This document shows, piece after piece, positions 8,106-16,795 of a stretch of DNA of 23,638 nucleotides. Position numbers and translations under genes: made by a program. Each line of letters begins with the position of its first letter. Within the stretch, counting starts at the first letter, position 1. The notes below the pieces were generated by a model, which saw only the letters and a list, made by a program, of their open reading frames with translations, made no database searches and was not told the DNA's origin. This DNA comes from Candidatus Woesearchaeota archaeon (GTDB lineage Archaea > Nanobdellota > Nanobdellia > Woesearchaeales > UBA10216): positions 1-23,638 of the forward strand of contig JACPBX010000002.1 of NCBI GenBank assembly GCA_016180085.1, written 5' to 3'.

Positions 8106-8110
8106 TGTTT
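8079..8110. repeat. Perfect 16-bp tandem duplication GGCCAGCATGATGTTT x2
   Basis: Copies at 8079..8094 and 8095..8110; both overlapping ORFs contain GQHDV. Confidence 0.95.
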
Positions 8111-8514
8111 ACCTTTCAAAGCTGATGTCTTATGGACAACAGAGTAGCCAGCCATCCGCACCAGTATCAGCCCCTGCAGCAGCTGCAATGCCTAATGCGC
8201 CGTATTATGAATTGGCTCATAAGCCAGCTCCGATAGCTGCAACTACAAGGGAGGTTCCTGCCAGCGAGCTGCTTGAAAAACCTCAGGCAATCCAGACTGG
8301 GCAAATGGAAGAGCCAGCCGACGCAGAGGAAAGCGAAGCTGGGGAAGCAGAAGCAACGGGAACAACAAACGCAGAAAGCCGTGCTGCCGATGAAGATGAG
8401 GGTTTTCATGATACTCGGGACATAGAAAACTTAGATACGGAAATAGAGGGCATCCGTAAAAAGATTGAAGAGCTGAAAGGCCTGAGCAAGGCAACAGTCA
8501 AGCTCCCGGGATGA
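8086..8514 (+). CDS. Acidic low-complexity region plus short coiled coil; probably the C-terminus of the 5901 gene
   Basis: Becomes in frame with 5901..8105 when one 16-bp copy is removed (...YITGQHDVYLSKLMSYGQ...). Confidence 0.6.
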   Translation: MMFGQHDVYLSKLMSYGQQSSQPSAPVSAPAAAAMPNAPYYELAHKPAPIAATTREVPASELLEKPQAIQTGQMEEPADAEESEAGEAEATGTTNAESRAADEDEGFHDTRDIENLDTEIEGIRKKIEELKGLSKATVKLPG

Positions 8515-8617
8515 AAAGAATCACCGCAAAAAAGCACATCGGTAATGATAACAATTATTAATAAGAAATCAGCAATAAATCAGTGATAATTCAGTAAAAA
8601 AGAGGAAAAAGAGGTTT

Positions 8618-10093
8618 TTGATGCCAGCACCAGCAGCACCGGGTTTTGATGGAGCAAAGCAAGTCATTGACTCATACAAGCTCCAGATAAGCGGGGTAGT
8701 TGTCAACATAAAAATATTCACGAAAGAAGCAGAAGCTGTGCCCATATATGCAATCTCGTTTCTGAACATCAGCGATGCCACGCTCAGGATTCTTAACAAG
8801 CTCAGGGAAGAATTTTTGTCTAAAGTGCTGATTGGCGCAATACAGCTGACCGAGGAGGAAGGCGAGAACATAAAGAAGAAGTTTGAGGACGAAATAAGGG
8901 TTCTCATAAGGAAATACTTTCCAGGCATCGACACTGAAACAACCAGCCTTCTGGTAAGCCACGTCATGCAGCAGAACGTTGGCCTTGGAAACATAGAGAT
9001 TCTGCTGAAAGACGCCAACCTTGAGGAGATTGTGGTTAACAACGCAGCAGAGCCGGTCTGGGTTTACCACAGGAAGCACGGCTGGCTCAAGACAAATGTC
9101 ATTATTCCGAACGAGGCGAGGATAAGGCACTACGCCACTACCATAGGAAGGGATGTTGGGAAAGAGATAACCCTCCTCAAGCCCCTTATGGACGCTCACT
9201 TGATGACTGGGGACAGGGTAAATGCCACGCTGAACCCGATTTCAAGCAAAGGCAACACAATAACCATAAGGAAGTTCTCAGAGAAGCCGTGGTCAATCAC
9301 CGACCTGATAGTCAGCGGCACCATGAACACTGAAACAGCAGCGTGGGTGTGGCTGTGCGTGCAGCAGGAGCTTTCCATGATTATCGCAGGGGGCACAGGC
9401 TCTGGCAAGACATCTGCGCTGAACGCCATAGCGAATTTTTTTCCGCCAAACCAGAGAATCATTTCGATAGAAGACACTCGCGAGCTGACATTGCCCAACA
9501 CGCTGCACTGGGTGCCTCTTGAAACCAGGCTGCCCAATCCGGAAGGGAAGGGCGAAGTCAGCATGCTCGACCTTGTTGTCAACTCGCTCAGGATGAGGCC
9601 TGACAGGATAATAATGGGCGAGATAAGGAGGAAGGCAGAGGCCGAAGTCCTTTTTGAGGCAATGCACACAGGGCACAGCGTTTACGGCACGCTGCACGCC
9701 AACAACGCCGAGGAAACGATAATGAGGCTCATAAATCCCCCGATTGAGGTTCCCAAGACGGTCCTCTCTTCGCTGTCAGCCATACTCGTCCAGAACAGGA
9801 ACAGGCGAACTGGCTTCAGGAGAACACTGCAGTTCGCGGAAATCGAGGCAAACGGCGACCCTAAGGTAATAATCCAGCTTGACGTCGCCAAGGACAGGCT
9901 TTCGCAGATAGGAGCACCGACAAGGCTGCTTGAGACGCTTGGCCTTTACACAGGACTGACGTCTGACGAGATCAAGAGCGATCTCCAGAACAAGATGCGG
10001 ATACTCAACTGGCTTGTCTCGCAGAAGGTAACTGACGTCCACCAGATAGGGCTCATAATGTCAAGGTATTACACCGGCAAGCTCAGGATTTAA
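8618..10093 (+). CDS. Type IV pilus / Tad secretion ATPase (TadA/CpaF/VirB11 family)
   Basis: Walker A GGTGSGKT, IISIEDTREL, LRMRPDRIIMGEIR (Walker B), AMHTGH and TLHAN His box; SD GAGGT upstream. Confidence 0.95.
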   Translation: MMPAPAAPGFDGAKQVIDSYKLQISGVVVNIKIFTKEAEAVPIYAISFLNISDATLRILNKLREEFLSKVLIGAIQLTEEEGENIKKKFEDEIRVLIRKYFPGIDTETTSLLVSHVMQQNVGLGNIEILLKDANLEEIVVNNAAEPVWVYHRKHGWLKTNVIIPNEARIRHYATTIGRDVGKEITLLKPLMDAHLMTGDRVNATLNPISSKGNTITIRKFSEKPWSITDLIVSGTMNTETAAWVWLCVQQELSMIIAGGTGSGKTSALNAIANFFPPNQRIISIEDTRELTLPNTLHWVPLETRLPNPEGKGEVSMLDLVVNSLRMRPDRIIMGEIRRKAEAEVLFEAMHTGHSVYGTLHANNAEETIMRLINPPIEVPKTVLSSLSAILVQNRNRRTGFRRTLQFAEIEANGDPKVIIQLDVAKDRLSQIGAPTRLLETLGLYTGLTSDEIKSDLQNKMRILNWLVSQKVTDVHQIGLIMSRYYTGKLRI

Positions 10094-10131
10094 TCAGGGT
10101 TTGACGTTGCGAGTGACAGAGAGGTTTGTTT

Positions 10132-10953
10132 ATGGCTGCAATAGAGAAGATTCTTGTGAGAAAGTTCCCGGGCCTGAAGAAAAGCCTGAGAATGGCCCAC
10201 CTGAAGCAGACGCCTGAGGTGTTTGTCAAGAGGGCATTCCGCCTCTCGCTTTACGCTTCCTTCGCGCTTGGGGCAACTGCATTCTTTGGCACAGCCAAAA
10301 TGCTACCAATCCAGACCGTTCTTGCGCTTGTTCCTTCTGTTTTGGTTGTATCGTTCCTGCTTGTATTCATTTTCTTCATGAACTCTCCAAAAGGCATCAT
10401 CAGGAAGAGGCAGCGCGACATAGACAAAGACGTCCTTTTTGCGGGAAGGTATATGCTGATGAAGCTTGAGTCAGGCAGCCCGATAATCAACACGCTTGTT
10501 GACGCTTCAAGAGGCTACGGGATTGCGGCAAAATACTTCAGGGAGATTGTTGACGAGATAAACACAGGAGTTTCTGTTGAGGATGCGCTTGAGTCTGCAA
10601 GGTCCTACACCTCGTCAGAAAAATTCAAGAAGATACTGTGGCAGCTTCTCATAACGCTGAAGACTGGCACTGACGTGACAGAGCCTCTCAAGGCAACGCT
10701 CGGCTCGCTGGCCCAGGACCAGGTTATAGAAATAAAGGAGTATGGGAAAAAGCTGAATTCGCTTATGCTTTTTTACATGGTAACCGCGTGCATAGCTCCC
10801 TCCCTTGGCCTTGCAATGTTCCTGATTATAGGCAGCTTCATCAGCCTGGAGCTGAGCAACTCTGTTCTTTTCGGCATACTGTTTTTCCTTGCCGTAATAC
10901 AGGGCTTTTTCCTCATAATGATCAAGGCTGCAAGGCCCATGGTTGAACTGTGA
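10132..10953 (+). CDS. Type II secretion F-family (TadB/TadC-like) membrane platform protein
   Basis: Directly follows the ATPase; N-terminal TM pair, soluble T2SSF-like helix region (FREIVDEINTG..VEDAL) and C-terminal TMs; SD GAGGT at 10121. Confidence 0.85.
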   Translation: MAAIEKILVRKFPGLKKSLRMAHLKQTPEVFVKRAFRLSLYASFALGATAFFGTAKMLPIQTVLALVPSVLVVSFLLVFIFFMNSPKGIIRKRQRDIDKDVLFAGRYMLMKLESGSPIINTLVDASRGYGIAAKYFREIVDEINTGVSVEDALESARSYTSSEKFKKILWQLLITLKTGTDVTEPLKATLGSLAQDQVIEIKEYGKKLNSLMLFYMVTACIAPSLGLAMFLIIGSFISLELSNSVLFGILFFLAVIQGFFLIMIKAARPMVEL

Positions 10954-11003
10954 AGTTTTGCTAAGGCAGGTGTGGAGCAAAGGAAGGAATTATTTGTGAA
11001 GGA

Positions 11004-12050
11004 ATGAAAATGGGAATCAGTGGCCAGATGTTTGAAAGCGTTGGAAAGGCATTCATATTTGAGCGCTTCAGGCCAAAGCTAAAAAACTACCTGTCAAAGG
11101 CAGGTATAAGCGAAGTCCCCTTCGCTTTAATGGGCGGGCTTTTCTGGCTCAGCATACTGCCTGTAGCTTACCTTTTCATATTCAAGGCGTGGGGCATTGT
11201 GATTGAGAAGAGCCACAACCCAGTTTTGCAGTTCCTGCTTGCAGTTGTTTCGTGGTCAATAGTCCACTTTGCAGTTCTTGCCGCAATTGTGGCAGTTGTG
11301 TATTTCTACCTTGACCTGAGGATATTCAACCGCACGAAAAGAATGGAGGCGGTTCTTCCTGACTTCCTGCGCATGGTTTCTGAAAACCTGAAAGGCGGCA
11401 TGCCGTTTGAGAGGTCGTTATGGAGCGCCATCAAGCCAGAATTCGGCATACTCAGCCAGGAAGTCAGGCTTGCTGCCAAAAAGGTAATGACAGGAACTGA
11501 CGTTGACGTTGCAATTACAGAGTTCACGGGCAAGTATGATTCCCCCATGCTCAGGAGGTCGTTTGACCTGATACTTGAAGGCATGAAGGGCGGTTCCAAG
11601 ACAGCCGAGATTATTGACAGGGTTATTGACACGATAGAAGAAACAAAGGAGCTGAAGGCCGACATGGCCGCAACAAACCTGTCTTACGTTATTTTCGTCA
11701 TAGTGATAGTCGTTATTGTGGCTCCAGGACTTTTCACGCTTTCCTTCCAGTTCCTTACAATTCTCCAGGGCCTTGGCGAAAGGATAAGCAGTTCAGGGGC
11801 AGAACAGGCAGGCGCAAGCCTGCCAATAAGTTTTGGCAAGGTCTCGATAGAGCCGGAAAGGTTCAGGGACTTCTCAAGATACGCCCTCATGGTAATATCC
11901 ATTTTTGCGGGAATGATAGTATCGCTCATCAGCAAGGGAAGCATCAAGGGCGGAATAAGGTTCGTGCCCTTCCTCTTCATCGGCTCACAGATTGTCTATG
12001 CGGTTGCCATGCAGATTGGGACGAGCGTGTTTGCCGGATTCTTTGCCTAG
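11004..12050 (+). CDS. Second type II secretion F-family (TadC-like) membrane platform protein
   Basis: MEAVLPDFLRMVSENLKGGMPFERSL, FGILSQEV, YDSPMLRRSFDLI and C-terminal TM helices. Confidence 0.87.
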   Translation: MKMGISGQMFESVGKAFIFERFRPKLKNYLSKAGISEVPFALMGGLFWLSILPVAYLFIFKAWGIVIEKSHNPVLQFLLAVVSWSIVHFAVLAAIVAVVYFYLDLRIFNRTKRMEAVLPDFLRMVSENLKGGMPFERSLWSAIKPEFGILSQEVRLAAKKVMTGTDVDVAITEFTGKYDSPMLRRSFDLILEGMKGGSKTAEIIDRVIDTIEETKELKADMAATNLSYVIFVIVIVVIVAPGLFTLSFQFLTILQGLGERISSSGAEQAGASLPISFGKVSIEPERFRDFSRYALMVISIFAGMIVSLISKGSIKGGIRFVPFLFIGSQIVYAVAMQIGTSVFAGFFA

Positions 12051-12067
12051 CTTCTGCCCGGCTCCCC

Positions 12068-12769
12068 TCAGCCTTCCACCAGCATCTTAACCTCACTGCC
12101 GCCCAGCTCCCTCCACATGCCGGGCTTCAGGCCGCCAATTCCAATGTTTCCAACCCTTGTCCTGGTTATCCTCAGCACGTAATTCCCAACTGCCTTGAAC
12201 AGCCTTTTCACAATCTTGTGCCTTCCCTCATGCACAACAACTTCTGCAACATCCTTATGCAGCATCCTTAGCTTCGCAGCCACCCTTCTTCCTTCCACAA
12301 AAACCCCTTTCCGTATTCTTTCAGCATCTTCCGGCCGCAGGTTCTGCCGCAGCTTGACAACGTAAGTCTTTTCAACCTCAAACCTGGGATGCATCAGCCT
12401 GTTCGCAAACCAGCCGTCATTGGTCATGACAAGCAGACCTTCAGCGTCAGCATCAAGCCTTCCAACAGGGTAAACCCTCTCATCAAGATTTATAAGGTCA
12501 GTGACTTTTCTTTTTGCAAACTTATCCGCAGTGGTTGTTACGTAACCAACCGGCTTATAGAGCAAGATGTATCTTTTCCTTTCGGCAGCAACTCGCCTGC
12601 CGTCAACCGCTATCACATCCTTTTGGTCATCGGCCTTCTGGCCTGTAACTGCGACATTGCCATTAACTGTGACCCTGCCCTGAAGAATCAGCTCCTCAGC
12701 TTTCCTTCTTGAGGCAACCCCAGCTGCGGAAAGTATTTTTTGGATTCGCTGCAGCATTTTTTCGCTCAC
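12068..12769 (-). CDS. RsuA/RluB-family rRNA pseudouridine synthase with N-terminal S4 domain
   Basis: RIQKILSAAGVASRRKAEELI (S4), LYKPVGYVTT, catalytic YPVGRLDADAEGLL, HPRFEVEKTYVV and EGRHKIVKRLF. GTG start overlaps the upstream stop by 4 nt. Confidence 0.92.
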   Translation of the reverse strand: MSEKMLQRIQKILSAAGVASRRKAEELILQGRVTVNGNVAVTGQKADDQKDVIAVDGRRVAAERKRYILLYKPVGYVTTTADKFAKRKVTDLINLDERVYPVGRLDADAEGLLVMTNDGWFANRLMHPRFEVEKTYVVKLRQNLRPEDAERIRKGVFVEGRRVAAKLRMLHKDVAEVVVHEGRHKIVKRLFKAVGNYVLRITRTRVGNIGIGGLKPGMWRELGGSEVKMLVEG

Positions 12770-13356
12770 CGCACCTGCTGTCTTCGCATCTTTGCTATCA
12801 GCAGCTCAAGCGTGTCTATCTGCTTCATCAGCCGCAGCTTTTCAGCATCTGCAGATGCAAGCTGCTGCGAGAACCTCACCAGCTCAAAGTCTTCCGCTTT
12901 AATTTTATCGGCAACAGCAGCAAGCTTGGCAACATCCGCTTTTAATTTGGCCAGTTCATTGCTAACCGCTGCGGCTGTCGTTGTTATCTCGCTTTTCAGC
13001 CTCTCGGCGCCTTCAAGCTTGGCCTTTACCTCCCTTGTAAGCTCAATCAGGTCCTCAGTTATCTTTTGCTTAATGCTGCCCTGAACATGGGATGACAGTG
13101 ACTTGAGCTCTGCAAGCGCTTTAGCGAGTTCGGCCTGCAGCTGCCTTGCCGCATCTGCTGACTTCCTTGCTTCTTCAGCCATTAAACTGTTAGAACTCCT
13201 GATTTCGGAAATTGAATCCTTTGCTGCCGCGGTCAGGCTGTGAAGGCCTTTTATCTGCTCTGACTGCTCCTTTATTGCCGCAACTGCGTGCTTAAGCTGC
13301 TCAGCAAGCTCCTTCAGCTCACTCCCCGAAACAAGTTCCCTAATCCTTGACAGCAT
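12766..13356 (-). CDS. Hypothetical coiled-coil protein
   Basis: 196 aa of Ala/Leu/Glu/Lys heptad-like sequence; apparently translationally coupled to the pseudouridine synthase; TATA-like sequence about 25 nt upstream. Confidence 0.7.
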   Translation of the reverse strand: MLSRIRELVSGSELKELAEQLKHAVAAIKEQSEQIKGLHSLTAAAKDSISEIRSSNSLMAEEARKSADAARQLQAELAKALAELKSLSSHVQGSIKQKITEDLIELTREVKAKLEGAERLKSEITTTAAAVSNELAKLKADVAKLAAVADKIKAEDFELVRFSQQLASADAEKLRLMKQIDTLELLIAKMRRQQVR

Positions 13357-13453
13357 AGCATTTGCAGAAACCTGGCTGGTTTAATAAGTTTTTGCAGCAA
13401 CATATTTAAAAAGCCCGACTAAGACATCGTAGGGTTGATAAGGGCAATCGCGC

Positions 13454-13539
13454 CTTTTGGATTGAACCTTTTGCTTGCAAAAGCCCAAATCGAGGCGAGC
13501 TCGATTGGGCCCAGTCGACGCAAGTCGACTTGGGGTCAT
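13454..13539. repeat. Expanded palindromic repeat element abutting the tRNA-Arg 5' end
   Basis: CTTTTGGATTGAACC-TTTTGCTTGCAAAAG, two internal hairpins (CCCAAATCGAG/CTCGATTGGG and CAGTCGAC/GTCGACT), then GGTCAT immediately before tRNA G1. Confidence 0.8.
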
Positions 13540-13668
13540 GCCCCTATGGTCCAACGGACAAGATGCGGCCCCGCGAATGACCTTTTTGGTAAAAAGGTCA
13601 ATCAAAAACGGCTGCTTTTATTCAGTCGTGGGTAGGCTGAGATCTGGGTTCAATTCCCAGTGGGGGCG
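13540..13668 (+). tRNA. tRNA-Arg(GCG) with a 57-nt 37/38 intron (13577..13633); unusual C33
   Basis: GCCCCTA/TGGGGGC acceptor, A20 in the D-loop (Arg determinant), CGGCC/GGCTG anticodon stem, CTGGG-TTCAATT-CCCAG T-arm, G73. BHB: CCGC pairs with GTGG, with bulges GAA and GTA. Confidence 0.75.
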
Positions 13669-13671
13669 TTA

Positions 13672-13719
13672 GCCACTACTGGGTCCTGAGCCGAAAGGCG
13701 AAGTTACCCAGTGGGGGCG
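13672..13719 (+). ncRNA. tRNA-like acceptor/T-stem minihelix hairpin downstream of tRNA-Arg
   Basis: GCCACTA-CTGGG ... CCCAG-TGGGGGC-G; the last 13 nt are identical to the tRNA 3' end; capped by GCC-GAAA-GGC. Confidence 0.5.
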
Positions 13720-13738
13720 CTTTATAGTTGCAACAAAA

Positions 13739-14548
13739 ATGGCCAAGCTAGTTTTAATGACAGCACTTTTGCTTGCGGTGCTGGTAGCAGCATGCACAGC
13801 CAAGCCAGATGGAGCATATCAAGCCCAGCCCCAGCAATTGCCAACAAACATAGAGCAGAACATAGCGCAGGAACAGCCACCACAGCAAGTGCAAATTGTG
13901 CAGGAGGAAAAACCGCACGAGGAAGGGGCGCAGGACCGGTTTTATTACGTGAGCAGGCTGCACTGGCCGCGCATGCCCGTTACTTATTTTATAGAGAATG
14001 AGGAGGGGTGCGGCCGTTATGAAGCCAACAGGATCAGAAGGGCATTCAGGGACATTTCAAATGCTACTGGCAACGCAGTGCTCTTTGCGCAGGCAAACGA
14101 TTCAGGCTCGGCAGATATTGAAATAAGGTGCACCTTCATAGAGGATTGCTATGAGCTGTCAACAGACATACGCGACGATTACGTCATTCGGACTGAAACC
14201 ATCTGCCAGCACCCGCTGGGCATTACAAAGACACTGGCAGAAGGCAACAGGCTGACGAAGGCTTACATCGAAATGGTTGGGCTTGCAGGCTTTGCAGAAA
14301 CAAAGCACGAGGGTCCAAGCGGGTTTTACGTTGGCACATGCGGCCACACAACAACTGAAATCCATGAGCTGCTTCACGCATTCGGCTACGGCCATTCGGA
14401 AGACAACAGCAGCATAATGAGCCCTGAAGCTGATGTTTTCGGCCTGACAATACAAAGGGAAGGCGCCTGCAAGGGGAGCACAAAGGCAATCGATGCAGCC
14501 ATAGTTGCAGAACTGGTTAACACCTACTCGGGCAAAGCCGGAAATTAG
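13739..14548 (+). CDS. Putative lipoprotein metzincin zinc metalloprotease (matrixin-like)
   Basis: Lipobox-like LVAAC after a hydrophobic signal, Q/P-rich linker, HELLHAFGYGH (HExxHxxGxxH) and Met-turn SIMSP. Confidence 0.85.
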   Translation: MAKLVLMTALLLAVLVAACTAKPDGAYQAQPQQLPTNIEQNIAQEQPPQQVQIVQEEKPHEEGAQDRFYYVSRLHWPRMPVTYFIENEEGCGRYEANRIRRAFRDISNATGNAVLFAQANDSGSADIEIRCTFIEDCYELSTDIRDDYVIRTETICQHPLGITKTLAEGNRLTKAYIEMVGLAGFAETKHEGPSGFYVGTCGHTTTEIHELLHAFGYGHSEDNSSIMSPEADVFGLTIQREGACKGSTKAIDAAIVAELVNTYSGKAGN

Positions 14549-14669
14549 AGCCCGTTTAGAACCTGTTGCCATTTGAAAATTAAGCATTAAATATTTAAAG
14601 CTGCCATGCTGACAGCAACTGACAGCAATAAAGGAAAAATTAAAAGAAAAGTCAAGGAGGTAACTCAGA

Positions 14670-14909
14670 ATGTCAAAGGTAACCATTTACAGCACGCCAA
14701 CATGCCCCTGGTGCGAGAAGGCAAAGGAGTTTCTAAAGGAGAACAACGTCCATTACAGCGAGATAAACGTTGCTGCCGACCACAAGGCAGCGCAGGAAAT
14801 GATCGAGAAGTCAGGCCAGATGGGCGTTCCGGTAATAGAGATTGACAACCAGATTATAGTGGGCTTTGACAAGAACGCAATGAAGAAGGCGCTGAAGATA
14901 AGCTCATAA
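14670..14909 (+). CDS. Glutaredoxin-like protein (NrdH/YruB type)
   Basis: YSTPTCPWC, SGQMGVPVIEI and IIVGFD; GGAGG SD upstream. Confidence 0.92.
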   Translation: MSKVTIYSTPTCPWCEKAKEFLKENNVHYSEINVAADHKAAQEMIEKSGQMGVPVIEIDNQIIVGFDKNAMKKALKISS

Positions 14910-14933
14910 AGCAGCCTTTGATATTCTATTTTC

Positions 14934-16199
14934 TTAAATGTAATACCCAATCACCGGCACCATCAGGCAGCCCATCAGGAGCTGCCGGCTTGACTTCGTA
15001 AGCACGGGAAACATGCCTATTGCGGTTGCGGCTGCCAGCACAAGCAGCCCTATAGGCCCTGAAATGGCTGCAACAAAGCCTGCTATGAATATTATGACCA
15101 GCCAGCTGAGGACAGAATAGTTCACTCTTGTTATCAGCAGCAGGAAAAATCTGGTCATAAAAATTACGCTTATGCATGAAGCTGCTGCGGCAATAACGGC
15201 TACCATAAGCAGCATAAACAGCAGCGAAGTTGAATAAGCATCAGCGCCAAGCATGCTGCCCATCACTGCTATTGAGCCGTTCCTTGCCTTGCCAAAAGAG
15301 TAAAGGGTTAGCACTGCAATGAGCATGGAGGCAGAAGCTATTATCCCTAGGAGGAAAATGTACGCTGATGCCCTCACCTTGCGGAAAGCAGATGTTCCTA
15401 GCATTGCAGCCTGCGCAGGGCCAAGTGCAGGGAAGATTCCCATCAGCGAGCTGGAGAAAAGCCCGACAGCAGCGAGCTTTGCAATTTTCAGCGGCTTTTT
15501 TATTTTAATCACTGAGTTTTTCTGCTGCAGGGGAAAAGCAGAGCGGTTTAATAATCCGCCAATGAGCGAGCTTATGCCGAAAAGCCCCGAGAACATTGGC
15601 AGCAGAGGCTGGTTTATGCCTGGCAGGCTGAAAACCGCAACGCCGAAGGCCCCCGAAAGCGAGAATGTCAGCGCCTTGGCAGCTGCAGATTTTACGTTTT
15701 TGCTCCTCAGCAAGTGAAAGGCAGCAACTGCTGCCAGGATGAGCCATACATAGCCATTTGTTGCGTTAAATATCGGCTTTATCGCAAGCACCAGCACCGG
15801 GGAAAGCAGGACAAGCGCCAAAACGCCGGTCAGGCAGCCGAAGGCTGCAAGCATTACAGCTTTCCTTCCCTGGCCGCGAAGAAGCAGCCTGTGCCCAGGC
15901 AAAACCGCCAGGGCAGCATCGGATTCTGAAAAGCCCAGGAAGACAGATGGCAGAAACTCATGGAACACGTGGCTGATTGACATCGCCAGAATGAAGGTTG
16001 CAACAGCAAAAGAGCCAATAACTCCGCCAACTGTGCTGTTGCCGCTTATAACACTGCCACTGAAAACAGCCGCAACAACCACAGCAACAAGGTTAATGTG
16101 CAGGCCAGGGAGGATGCCTGTAAAAATGCCGGCAAGAACCCCTGCAAAGGCTGCTAAGATGTAAATAAAAAAGCTAATCAGGCTTTCCAAATTCCTCAC
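14934..16199 (-). CDS. TctA / DUF112-family polytopic membrane protein
   Basis: GIFTGILPGLHINL, FHEFLPSVFLG, AVLPGHRLLLRGQG and GIFPALGPAQAA match the archaeal TctA-like family; many TM segments. Start uncertain. Confidence 0.8.
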   Translation of the reverse strand: MRNLESLISFFIYILAAFAGVLAGIFTGILPGLHINLVAVVVAAVFSGSVISGNSTVGGVIGSFAVATFILAMSISHVFHEFLPSVFLGFSESDAALAVLPGHRLLLRGQGRKAVMLAAFGCLTGVLALVLLSPVLVLAIKPIFNATNGYVWLILAAVAAFHLLRSKNVKSAAAKALTFSLSGAFGVAVFSLPGINQPLLPMFSGLFGISSLIGGLLNRSAFPLQQKNSVIKIKKPLKIAKLAAVGLFSSSLMGIFPALGPAQAAMLGTSAFRKVRASAYIFLLGIIASASMLIAVLTLYSFGKARNGSIAVMGSMLGADAYSTSLLFMLLMVAVIAAAASCISVIFMTRFFLLLITRVNYSVLSWLVIIFIAGFVAAISGPIGLLVLAAATAIGMFPVLTKSSRQLLMGCLMVPVIGYYI

Positions 16200-16626
16200 C
16201 GCAGCCGCAGCTAGTCAGTGTTGATAAGGGCGGCGTAGAGCTGCCCTTATTGCCGTTAAGAACCCTTATTTTGGCAACGATGACTGAAGCCCTGCCCTTA
16301 TATTCCCTCAGTTCGCCAAAAACCTCAACCTCCTGGAATCTTTTAAGCCCAAGGCCCTTTATGTAGCCGGCATCAAAGCTGACTGCTTCGACAGTTTCCA
16401 ACTCGGCAATTTTCACAACAGCGCGGCTTTCCGCAATGGAAACAGAGTCAACAAAGCCAGCGACCTTTATCATGGGGCTATTGCCGCTCCTCGCATCAAG
16501 CTTAGCTGCCCCTGATGGCGAAACCTGCAGCGGCCCTGCAACAGACGCTATAACGAACAGCGCAACAATCCCGATTGCAGAGCATGTTATGCATAATACA
16601 ACCAGCTTTCTCTCAGACAATAACAT
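16174..16626 (-). CDS. Membrane-anchored OB-fold nucleic-acid-binding-like protein
   Basis: N-terminal TM segment, then VAGFVDSV...QEVEVFGELREYKGRASVIVAKIRV, a beta-rich OB-like pattern; overlaps the TctA start by 26 nt. Confidence 0.6.
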   Translation of the reverse strand: MLLSERKLVVLCITCSAIGIVALFVIASVAGPLQVSPSGAAKLDARSGNSPMIKVAGFVDSVSIAESRAVVKIAELETVEAVSFDAGYIKGLGLKRFQEVEVFGELREYKGRASVIVAKIRVLNGNKGSSTPPLSTLTSCGCGEEFGKPD

Positions 16627-16795
16627 AGTACATCGAAACAAATTAGGCGAACAGTCTTAATGAGCTTTACTGAGAAATAATCGGAAGATTTCCATAGTCG
16701 CCGCAGAGAATAGCTCTGGGCACGGATAATTTTCACAAAAGAGGCTTTTTTCGGGAAGGTTTTCGGACAAACCGGAAATTAAACACCAGAACCTA

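Noticed and set aside
8618-12050. Archaellum (arlI/arlJ) assignment
   Set aside because: There are two separate TadB/C-like genes rather than one ArlJ, and no arlH/F/G or archaellin-type genes nearby, so a pilus system fits better.
13577-13633. Group I intron in tRNA-Arg
   Set aside because: 57 nt is far too short, and the junctions fit BHB geometry.
13381-13672. Three short ORFs (13381..13605, 13435..13635, 13475..13672)
   Set aside because: They overlap tRNA-Arg and the palindromic repeat and are explained as chance open frames.
13672-13719. Hammerhead ribozyme or attachment-site scar
   Set aside because: The CUGANGA core is incomplete. The duplicated tRNA end is only 51 nt from the original, with no integrase or cargo between them.
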